NCBI GenBank assembly: GCA_951406725.2 | Contig: OX597823.1 | Coordinates: 80,352,001-80,416,000 of the forward strand | Reading direction: 5' to 3' | From: Octopus vulgaris | Taxonomy: Eukaryota | Length of the DNA: 64,000 nucleotides | Shown here: positions 1-12,000 of the stretch, in pieces | How the letters are laid out: the number at the start of each line of letters is the position of its first letter | Position numbering within the stretch: the stretch's first letter is position 1 | Made by a program: the position numbers and the translations under genes | The notes under the pieces: generated by a model | Told to the model about the DNA's origin: nothing | The model's input: only the letters and a program-made list of their open reading frames with translations | Databases searched by the model: none

Positions 1-911
1 TGACAGGCGTTTTTCAGTTTAGCACCTACTAAATCCACTCACAAGGCTCGGTAAGTCCAAGGCTATAGCAGAAGACACTTGCCCAAGGTGCCACATAGTA
101 AAACTGAACCTGGAACCATGTGGTTGGAAAGCAAACTTCTTATCACATAGCTATACCTGCACCTGAATCAGAATTTGTTTTTTTAAACTCTTATTGGCAC
201 AATATTTTGTACTAATGAATCCCTTTTCCTTAATTAAATACTCAACCTAAAAGTTAGTCTAAAATCCATTATGATAATCTTATAGACTGAAGTGAACTGA
301 TTGATGTGTCATAAGTAAATAGATAACTACTGTCTTGAATCCCTGGATTAATCGGGAAAGTTATCAGGTTTCCATGGTATGTAAGTGACCGAGATTACAG
401 TTCCCCTCAACAGAATGCCAGTCAATGGCAGGATTTCACATTTATATCTGAGTGGAGGGGAGCGGTGTGAAATGAAGTACTTTGTGCAAGAACACAATGC
501 ACTGACCGATTCCGGAATAGAAACCACAATCTTGTGATCATGAGTGGAACATCTTACCACTAGTGTTGGATGAAATATATTGTGGTATCTTTTCCACTAC
601 CTTATATTCTAAGATCAAATTGTACAGAAGTCAACTCTGCCTTTCATCTTTCATCACTTGTTCAGGACAACTCAGTTGTGAACCCTGATACACTTATCAC
701 AGTTTGAACATAGGTCATAGGTCATGGATGATATTTTCAGTTACTTTTTTTTATAATTTACTGTTCATAGGTGCAGGTATGGCTGTGTGGTTAAGAAGCT
801 TGGTTCTCAACCATGTGTGCAGGTTCAGTCCCACTGTGTAGCACTTTACCCAAGTGTCTTCTCCTATAGCATCGGGAGTAGATTTGATAGATGGAAGCTG
901 AAAGAAGCCCA

Positions 912-963
<52 letters not shown>

Positions 964-1183
964 ACGCGCTTATACAACCACAAAAGCATAGGAACTCCTA
1001 GAACAAAATAGAACATTTTCTAATATGGGATGATATTCCACAAAGTTGACTGATTAATAACCAGGACAACAATGCTTGACCTAAATGTAGCCTGGACCTA
1101 GTTACAGAAGCTGTAGACCTTGCTATATTATCACCCTCTTATTAAAACTGTCTTTTACCTAACTCAAAGAAATCAATACTTAC

Positions 1184-1244
1184 TTGTGGTAGTTACATTT
1201 TGACAAGAACAACAGCCATCTTCTCGGAGAAAAGGTGTGGTACC
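1184..1244 (-). CDS. exon 30: VWC end
   Basis: [20 protein letters not shown]; AG/GTAAGT. Confidence 0.87.
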
Positions 1245-4200
1245 CTAAATGTAAAAAAAAAAAGTAAAAAAGAAAAAGAAATGTGATGTGAATTTTCTAA
1301 CAGAGTACATGATTGATAACTTTAATTAAAAACATTTCAGCTCTGATCAAACTATCTTTATTCTTGGGCATAGTATATCCAGGAATACATTATCCAATGT
1401 ATCTTTCGATCCCACAAGATGATGAAGTGCAATGTAAAGTAGATTTGATTGCTTTTCCCAGCAAGTTACTATGTAAGGATTTCTATGTTGACTTCATCTA
1501 TTGATGAAAAAATGGTTTCAAATTTTGGCGCAAGGCCAGCAGTTTTTGAGGAGAAGTATAAGTCAATTACCTCAACCCCAGTACAGGACTGGTACTTATT
1601 TTAACAACCCCAAAAAGATGAAAGGCCTCAACAGTATTTGAACTCAGAACATAAATTCAGGAGAAATGCTACAAGCATTTTACCTGACATGCTAATGATT
1701 CTTCCAGCTTGGAATTATCTAAAAGTACCATAAAGTTAACTGTCTAAACAGTTCCAAGAGAAATCAATGAAGATTGCAATGATGATTCCAGAGAAATCAT
1801 TACCATGCCAGTTATCTTACAATTTATCACAAGCCAACAAGGACACTGCTACATGGCAAGTTAACTTGTAAGAAACAGCAGCTGAATTATCTTCAAAATA
1901 CATCCTATCAAATTAAAGGGGAAGGATATATTTAAAAAAGGACATGCTGCATAATGTAATCAAGGTTCTCAATGCTGACATACCTAGGAAGACTTGATCT
2001 CTTCAATCACAACTGATGCGAGGCAAACAAAAACAACAATCATAATTCATTGCACAAATTCAGCAGCAGCAGCAGTGGCAGCACTGCCGCCACCACCACC
2101 ACCACCATCATCACTTTAATATTCATTTTTCCATGTTTGCATCTATCAGATGGAATTCATTGATGCAGATTTTCTATGGCCAGATTCTTTTCCTGTGGCT
2201 TTTCAAACAGGATAATATTTCTTCATGACCAGACATGTTTCCCAAAGAAAACTGGAAATGATTAACATTGCAGACAAGGCGACACACACACACACACACA
2301 TGCACGCACAAACACACACACACACACACACACACAACAGGCTTCTTTCACTTTCCTTCTGCCAAAATCCACTCATAAATCTTCGGACAGCCTGCCTGTT
2401 ACCATAACAGAAGACAGCTGCCCAAGGTTCCACATAGTGGAACTGAACCTACAATCATTTGGGTGAGGAACAAGTTTCTTAACCACACACTCATGATACT
2501 AAAAGAAAACGATTAATATGGAGACAATGAGTTTAGGAAAAAAATATGCTAATACTTACATTTTTACATAATGAACAAGGGTCAGGGTTACTTGATATAC
2601 ATGTTTCAAGACCATGTAAACAAATACAGATAAGAGTGGCATTATTACAGCCAAGCTTTGTGAAAACATTGCCATTTTTACATGTACTCATTGTAGTTGT
2701 TTCATTGCAAGTTGGTCTCACTTGTAAAATTGAATTATTGAAGCAGGTGTATTCATAGCAATCTTTGATCCACACCTCACCAGGCTGTAAAGATCGATTA
2801 TTAAAATTATTGATAACAACTGAAAAAAAAATTTTTTAAGTAAATTAAAAGAAAATAATTGATTCATCAAAACTATCAGATGGAATTCATTGATGCAGAT
2901 TTTCTATGGCCAGATTCTTTTCCTGTGGCTTTTCAAACAAGATAACATTTCTTCATGACCAGATATCTTTCCCAAAGAAGATCATCTATATGTCTCTCAT
3001 CAAGTAAACTACCACTGCTCCTTTCCTGTGCTATGCGATTACTCTTATTAGTATGAACTGTATTTTCATTGTCATCTCTGCAGCTATAAACTTAAGATAG
3101 TTGCCACCACTCAATTTTAATAAGATAACCTTATATAGCCACACAATAGTTAAGTGGGTAGTTCAGTTGTGTTAACATTTAATGTAGGGAGTATAAGAAA
3201 GCTAATTGCAAATACAAAAGAATTAGACAATTACTGCTTTTGTTTATGAATATTTTCAGTTAACATTTTGATGCTATTGCATTAAATATTTTAACTTTAT
3301 CTGAACTGTTGTTATTCTTGAGTGTGGCACCTGTCTATAACTTGAATGTATTTAACAGATGTTATTATGAGGAATAGTGAAGACGCGTGGCTTAGTGGTT
3401 AAGGCATTCAGCTTATGATTGTAAGGTCGTAAGTTCAATTTCTGGCGGCACATTGTGTCCTTGAGCAAGACACTTTATTTCACATTGCTCCAGTCCACTC
3501 AGCTGGCAAAAATGTGTTGTACCTGTATTTCAAAGGGCCGGCCTTGTCACACTTTGTGTCATGCTGAATCTCCCTAAGAACTACATTAGGGGTACACATG
3601 TCTGTGGATTGCTCAGTCACTTGCACGTTAATTTCATGAGCAAGCTGTTTCATTGATTGTATCAGCTGGGACCCTCGTTGTCATAACCAACGGAGTGCTC
3701 CTTTATTATGAGGAATATGCAGTGCAGGCCAGATGTGGGGGCATGCACCATTACAGTGCATTTCTGCATTCAACATTTGTTAGTATATTCCCAAGTCAGC
3801 CTGGGTGGCCTATCAGGCAGAGTCCCAGTCGGTCCTCATTTCTGCAAGATAATTCCTCATCTGTCATGACCATGTGGCATGTGGTCAACCAGTACATGCC
3901 ATCAACCCAGCCAGGTCCTCTGTGAAGAGTACATGATGAGCAGAGTCTAACTTGGAAAAATCAAGCAACACGGCCAGATAGTTTGAGCTGGTATTCTTGA
4001 ATCCTACAAATAACATGATGCATCCCAGTTTCTGAGTAGAATCATTGGTTGGATACAATATTCAACCAATGGTAAACCATAATCCTGTGAAGCGTCCTGA
4101 TACCAAAGAAGTTCAGGTGGCTCCTAAGGCCCTCAGACAGTGTCCAAGTCTCACAACTATAAAATAGGACAGGGAAGACCAGTAACCCAGAGACCTGAAC

Positions 4201-4992
4201 AATATCTGAGCAATATACAGTGTAACTGAATTCAAAGTCCCAGAGTCCCAGATGTGTTATAGAGTATATTTATATGCTTGACACATATAAATATATGTAA
4301 AATCATCACTATCATCATCATCATTGTCGTCATCATCCTCATTATCATCACATCCGTGTTTCATGCTGGCATGAGTTGGATGGTTTGACAGGATCCAATG
4401 GGCCCAAGGACTGCACCATGCTCCAGTGTCTGTTTTGTCATGGTTTCCAAATGCTAACACTTTTACAGTGCATACTGGGTGCATTTCTCATCCCAACAAC
4501 ACTAGTGATATCAGCACACAGCTAGCAAGACTACAAGACCAGGAACGCGGAAACAGTTTTATGCTAGAGTACAAGGGGCTGAAGTGTAAGAAGAGGAGAG
4601 AGCAGGTTTCTTGTAGAGGACCTACATGGCTACTCACATTTTAGAAGAGAAGATGAGAATGATCAGTTGGAACCGATACATACATCTGGGATGAAGGAAA
4701 GAAGGAAGGAAGGAATGGGGAGGGAGGGAAGAAGGGAAAGAGGAAGGAACAAATGAATAAACAAAAGCACATGCACATACACACACATACATATATATAC
4801 ACACATATATACATATATATACATATATAGATATATATACATATATATACATATATATATACATATATATACATATACATATATATACATATACATATAT
4901 ATACATATATATACATATACATATATATACATATACATATATATACATATACATACATATATACATATACATACATATATACATATACATAC

Positions 4993-5025
<33 letters not shown>

Positions 5026-6350
5026 CATATATGTGTATATATATATATATGCGAATACATCCTAGCTGAGGTAAATCTCTAAGGAGGTTTTAATTTTCTT
5101 CAAAGACATTTTCAACTTTAATAATATCACTAATAAATATCCTTGATAAATGCGTAACTGACACAATTCTGTTTTCCTTCTCTCTGAAATACAGTCTTTC
5201 AACATAATGAAATGAAACAAATACATATTATTTTCAGCTTATTAGTATTTCCAAACTAGTCGGATTCTTCAATGAAGGATTCAATAGGCCATGGTGATTT
5301 TTTACTAAGAATTGATTCTGTGTACTATAAGTTCATCAGAATTGATGTTATTTGTACAAATTAAGCTGAAGGTTTATTAGGTGAACAAATGTTAAGTGTC
5401 TTGACCGTGAATTACTTAATGAAACATAAACAATTGGTATTTCATTTAGTAGGCTGCAACATTTTGAATGAAAGATACAAGGATTTATAGATTAATAAGT
5501 GAAGATTTGCAAATGAATAAATAGCTACTTTTCTAAGGATTCCGTCATCATCAAGGCATATACAAGAACCAGGATAAACACAGTGTGTTCCATTGAAAAC
5601 TAAATTGACAGGGCAGTCACATCCAGTTTCACAGATGAAGGGGCCTGTCATAGTACAATTTGGTTCGAGTAGATGACACTTGGTACATTCTTTCATACAG
5701 TCCGTACGTTCAAGAGGTTCTTCACAAACTGAAATTATAAATGGAAATAACAAAAGCATGTAATCATATTTATAAATTTTTACGTTGCAAAATCAAGAAT
5801 CTGAAACAATTTTAACAATTTGAAACAGTTGATTCTACAGAGAGAAAAGTACGGTTACAGTGACCCTGAAGCTTCACCACACTGTCTGAGAAAATGCTTT
5901 TTTGCTCTGCTCTCTTGTACTTGTGACGGTGTTCACCAAGGATGGGTTGAGCCGGATTCTTCTCTGGTCCTGACGGCATCACGAACTATGGCGGCCCACG
6001 CTCAACAGTCCTGTGTGAGGTCACTGGAGATAGCGAGCCATTCACAGTTCCATCTGCGCAGACTGACCACCTGCCGACCTGAGAGTTCGGAGAGGTCCTC
6101 CTTTATCATCGTTGCCCAGGTCTTCAGCTGCCTGCCCATGCGTTTGCGCCAGTTGGGAAGTGGAGGTGGGAGGAGGACATCGCGAATCAGGTCACCCTCA
6201 GGACACCGGTGTCCAGATGCTAACAATGAAGGCTTTGCACAAGTACTGCTCTGCTCTCAGGTTGACTAAAGCCTTGTGAATGAAAATTGTTAAACTGAAA
6301 TTCTGTGTGTAGAAGATTATTGTGAATACACAACACACACACACACACAC

Positions 6351-6390
<40 letters not shown>

Positions 6391-6850
6391 GAAAGAATGG
6401 AGTTGAACGAAGATGTTAACAAAATTCCTTTACTCTCGACACATGTTTCGAAGACAGCATGTTTTCATTCCAAAGGAATAAAGGGTGCATTATGTTTGTC
6501 TTGTTGTCGAGAGAGGGTCCCTTTCTTTCCTGATGAGAAGATTCCTTTGGAATGAAAACATGCTGTCTTCGAAACATGTGTCGAGAGTAAAGGAATTTTG
6601 TTAACATCTTCGTTCGACTCCATTCTTTCATTTATTCATATACAACACACAAATTTCTACACAAGAACCCGGAGTTTCTACCCTTGACAGGTCGCTTCAA
6701 CCATGTTTTCTCACGTGAATTTGCTACCCAGGTTTCAGTTAAACGAATTTTCCATGCTGACGATAAACATAGGATAATTCATTCACCTACTTATATATAT
6801 ATATATATATATATAAATATATCATCATTTAGCGTCCGCTTTCCATGCTA

Positions 6851-6888
<38 letters not shown>

Positions 6889-7587
6889 AGGCGCAATGGC
6901 CCAGTGGTTAGGGCAGCGGACTCGCGGTCGTAGGATCGCGTTTTCGATTCCCAGACCGGGCGTTGTAAGTGTTTTTTGAGCAAAAACACCTAAAGCTCCA
7001 TGAGGCTCCAGCAGGGTGTGGTGGCAATCTCTGCTGTACTCTTTTACCACAACTTTCTCTCACTCTTTTTTCTGTTGGCCTGCTCGCTTAGCCAGCAGGG
7101 TGGCTCATTTGAAGGCTAAAACAATGTGAAGGGCATTGTGACCAGCAATGTGTAGCATCATCTGATAGCCTGGTCGGTCACGATGATATAAAGCAAAATA
7201 GCTAGTTCTAAAATCTCAAGAAGAGATCAAAGTAGTAACTATACTAACAAGTAAAGTTAATTGCCAATATCGACATTTTTTCAGCCATCTTGGAAACGTC
7301 TGAATAACTTGTACACTTGTGTGTGTCTCATACACTCCTCCCCATACACTTTCTGCAACTTTGTGGAGGCCTCTGAGCAGGTAATGCCATGAGAACTTTC
7401 TCTGTCATGGTCAATGCAATGATCACACATTACACACCTTCCTTCCAAGCAGCAGAAGTGAGCTAGAATGTTAAAACTTATTGCACATGCACAGCAGAGA
7501 TCAAGAGCAATCTGTGCCAAGTGCCTTCACTCTGCATGTTTTAGCTTTGTGACTATGGCAACAATCCAGATACTTATTGATCAGACC

Positions 7588-7627
<40 letters not shown>

Positions 7628-8130
7628 GTTGTAGTTCACTTGAAGCTTTGTAATATCAAAGAATTTAAAAAGGGAGAAAATAGACAGCTTCTGACAATGC
7701 GGAAAGTTTAAAACCTTTATATTTCAGGCACAAAAATCCATCTTCCAAAGAAAAGAACAGTCTAAGAAAAATTCAGTTATGTAGGTTCTGTTAACCCATT
7801 AAAATTCCCTAGCATTTATGTCATATATATATATATATGAGATGAGAAAATAGAGAACTAATTAATAAATTATTATTTATTAATTAAAGGATGGACAAAC
7901 ATTCCTTACATCTGTTTAAATCCCAGACCTTCAGGAAATTAATTAATTAAATTAAAAATTATTTGAAAGTCGAATTTCTTCAGAGGTAGTTAAAGATATA
8001 CAAAATAGGTGTTCAATTCCTGCATGTTGAGTATTAACTGTAATGTTCAATATTCTTTGTATAGGTAACTAACCAGTATTTTTCATAGGATTTTGCTATC
8101 TCTGAATGAAGTTTGTAACGTTTTTTTGTG

Positions 8131-8199
<69 letters not shown>

Positions 8200-8577
8200 T
8201 AAAGCTATCGAATATAACGCCGATGACGGAAATCAAACTACTTTTCTATGTTTGTGATCCAGAAACATGTGTTCGTTATTAACGGTAAGTGACTGTTTGC
8301 GTCTATTTGCTACTCCGGTTTTGTGTATGTGAGCCGCACGGGCCTTCGTTTTTGGAATCTCCACTTACAGAAAATGGATAAAACAGTCTTTGACTGCCAT
8401 TTCTAATTCCTTCGGTATGAGGCGAAACAGCCTGCTGCTAGCCCTCTTATTTACTTTACTATATACTGAACCTTACAAAGTTCCTGACGATAAATCTGTC
8501 GTATTTACATACCGAAATTTACCGGTAAATAATTGTTGGTTACATGAAAAACCACAGAAAAATTATTTACCATTTTT

Positions 8578-8617
<40 letters not shown>

Positions 8618-9017
8618 GTAACAATCTACCTGTATACAAGATACTTCCCCACCCTCTATCTACAAATTTTCACTGACAAGGCACTGATAAATCCAAGATT
8701 ATTGTAAAAGAATCTCAAGGAAACAGGTTGACTTCTTTAACACCTGCAGTTTTATTAAGTTTTCTTCATCAAATGTTACATCAAGATTACATGAAAACAA
8801 CTTACCACCTGTAGTTGCTTGGGTTGGAAAAAGTGTAGTCGCCCATTGAGTTCCTGAGGAATATCCTGAAAAATTTATTGTTATATTTAGTTTAATTACA
8901 TTTTTTTCTCTAGATAAAAAAAAAAAGTAATCAGAAAACATATCTAATATCATATCACAAAAATATCAACAACTAACACATTAGAGTCTTATATTTAATT
9001 CTCTTTTAAATTAAGCA

Positions 9018-9082
<65 letters not shown>

Positions 9083-12000
9083 TCATCATCATTTAACGGC
9101 CGCTTTCCATGCTAACATGGGTTGGACGATTTGACTGAGGTCTGGCGAACCAGATGGCTGCACCAGATCCAATCTGATCTGGCACAGTTTCTACAGATGG
9201 ATGTTGTAGAAACATTTGAATTGGTCTTATGTTTGTATTCATTATCTTATATTCTACTGAATCTGCCACCCATCTCTCGCAAGAGCTTCAACATAGCTAC
9301 TTGATCTGCTCAAAATATCAGCTAATTTGTCTGTCTTAAACAAAACAGAAGCAATATAGTCCTAAAAACTAATATATATAAAGATGGATTGGTCATGGAT
9401 AAACTATATTTTATCATGTGCCTGCTTGATCATGGTTATCCTGAGACTAAAGAGCAATAATAAAAATAATATAATTCAGTAGATCATTTAGTGAAAATAT
9501 GTAATTATCTAGAAATTTATTTGCCAAATGGTAGACTGAAGAAATGGGTCATGCTTGGAATATCATCTTTTAAACAAAGACTGTACTTTCGGTGATGTAG
9601 AATTCAGTATGTAATTACAGAATTATGGTGAAAGTGTCAACCATGAATCAAAATTAAAACCAAGCTTCAACTGATGAAAAAGATTTGTGAGAAGCATAAA
9701 ACAGACTTGTAAAAGATAGTGACTGCAGAGTTCAATACGGAGGCACCTCTACTTTTACTACTGTTGTTGTTGCTGTTTAACTGCAAACATTTCTGATGGA
9801 GCTACACCTACGGTTTATGACATTCCAGACAAGACCATTCTATTAAAATTTTCAAACAGAGTCAACCTAGGATTACATCATCCAGTTTAATCCTCCCATT
9901 TTTTTTGTCCAGACAATGGAAAGGTTTTGCTGTCTCTGGTCAGTCAAACACACAGAGGTACCCATGTTGGCTGGAGTACACTAAGTTTTTCAGCCTGCTG
10001 GTTAACTGTAACACCAGTGATTCTTCACTCACAGTTTTACTATATTAGTGACACTGGATTTTGTCTTACCATTCAGCTACCAATGAATGCTTGCTATTGA
10101 TGAGGCTCAAAGAGGCAGAAATATACATTTAGCAATGTCACCAACACTGCTGGATGAATTTCAGCTCTTACTGATATATTTGTGTGTTTTCTTTAATACT
10201 GTATGTCTATAAGAGAGACTATCTTCAGAGAAATACTATTGTTCATTGGGCTTTCAAGACTATGCCTGCTTTAAGTATGATATACAGATGGCTATTTTAA
10301 ACTATTGTTGCTTCTGTCATACATAACAAATTTTCACACATAAAGTTTTAGTGTAACATATTTGAAAAGCATTAAAATTTTTACACTGAAAACAAGTCAC
10401 AAACATTGTTTAACAAACGGATAAAAAAAAACGAGAAATACTTACTGATAGTGGTATAGACATTTGTACGGGTAACTGGTGTAGCTATAATATAAATATA
10501 ACAATTAAATCAATTAATATTGTCATCAGAAGCTCATTATTATCATCATTATTATAAGTATCATACAAGTGAGGGCTTATACCTTTTGGTGATCAGGGTG
10601 ATTGGGAATCCGCAAGGTTCCTCAGTTGGCACCAGCTAGTGGCTCTCATGCATTAGGACTACATCATCCATTTACACACATATTTTGTATACTATGTATG
10701 TGGAGGTGCAATGGCCCAGTGGTTAGGGCAGCAACTTGCAATCGTAGGATTGTGGTTTCGATTCCCAGACCGGGCATTGTGAGTGTTTATTGAGCGAAAT
10801 CACCTAAAGCTCTATGAAGCTCCAGCTGTATTCTTTCACCACAACTTTCTCCCACTCTTTCTTCCTGTTTCTCTTGTACCTGTATTTCATAGGGCTACCC
10901 TTGTCACACTCTGTGTCATGCTGAACCTCCCCGAGAACTACATCAAGGGTATACGTGTCAGTGGAGTGCTCAGCCACTTGCACGTTAATTTCACGAGCAG
11001 GCCGTTCCGTTGATTGGATCAACTGGAGCCCTTGTCTTCATAACCGACAGAGTGCCACGTTATGCTATATATGCTTTTTATCTCATTTCCCCTTTCTTTC
11101 CTGTCATCTTTTATGTAACCTCACACATATTGTAAACCAGCAGAATCAGTAGCATGCCAGACAAAATGCTTTCTGAAATTTCTTCTGGTTTTATTCTGAG
11201 TTCAATTTCTGCCAAGGCCAACTTTACCTTCCATCCTTTTGGGGGGTCAATGAAATAAGTACAACTAGAGTATAGGGATTTATATAATTGATTATCCCCC
11301 TCCCACAAAATTTCAGGCCCTTTGCCTATAGTAGAAAGGATCATCTGGCAGGATAATCACCAGGTCTTCATCCTTTCTGCTTTGATAAAATAAATACCAG
11401 TTGTGCACTGGGGTTGATGTAATCAACTTAGCCCATCCCCCAAAATTGCTGGCAGTGTGCCAAAATTTGAAACTATTGTTATTGTCATTATTGGGATGAG
11501 GGGTTATTTGTTACTACCAACCCCAGTACTTGACTAGTAGTTTATTTTATTGACCCCAAAAGGATGAAAGGTGAAATTGAGCTCAAAAGGGTTTGAGCTT
11601 AGAACATAGAGAGATGGAACAAATACTAACAGGTCAGATGCTCTACCGATTTTGCTAATCTACCACCAGAGTGCATGTTAGTCATAAAATTTTATTCTAA
11701 ATATCACAGATTATGAGAAGCATATTAGTCAATTTTTATGTACTAACCAAGTCAAGACCATCACGATCAAATTTTAAGAATCTAGAAAAATTTCATCATA
11801 GTGTATTTTATTGGGGGTGAGGAATGCAAGAACCAGTTTTCTCTTGAATTTGTTCAAATATCAGCTCATTAACTCTTTTAGCACCAACCAACCTGAAACC
11901 ACCCTTAGTGGATTGTACGTAATTACATTAAAATTTTAATTAAAACATCTATCAAAATATATAATTACAGCATGAATTATACCACAAGATTTCCATTTGT

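Noticed and set aside
4634-5060. Long YI/VC/HT-rich ORFs here and at 17590-18784 and other microsatellites
   Set aside because: Translations of (TA)/(CA) microsatellites, not genes
5820-6269. 149-aa plus-strand ORF
   Set aside because: Antisense to the RTE LINE 3' fragment; no recognisable domain
8470-8540. CTGACGA...GAAATTTACCGGTAAATA as a hammerhead
   Set aside because: Helix I cannot form and helix II is out of register
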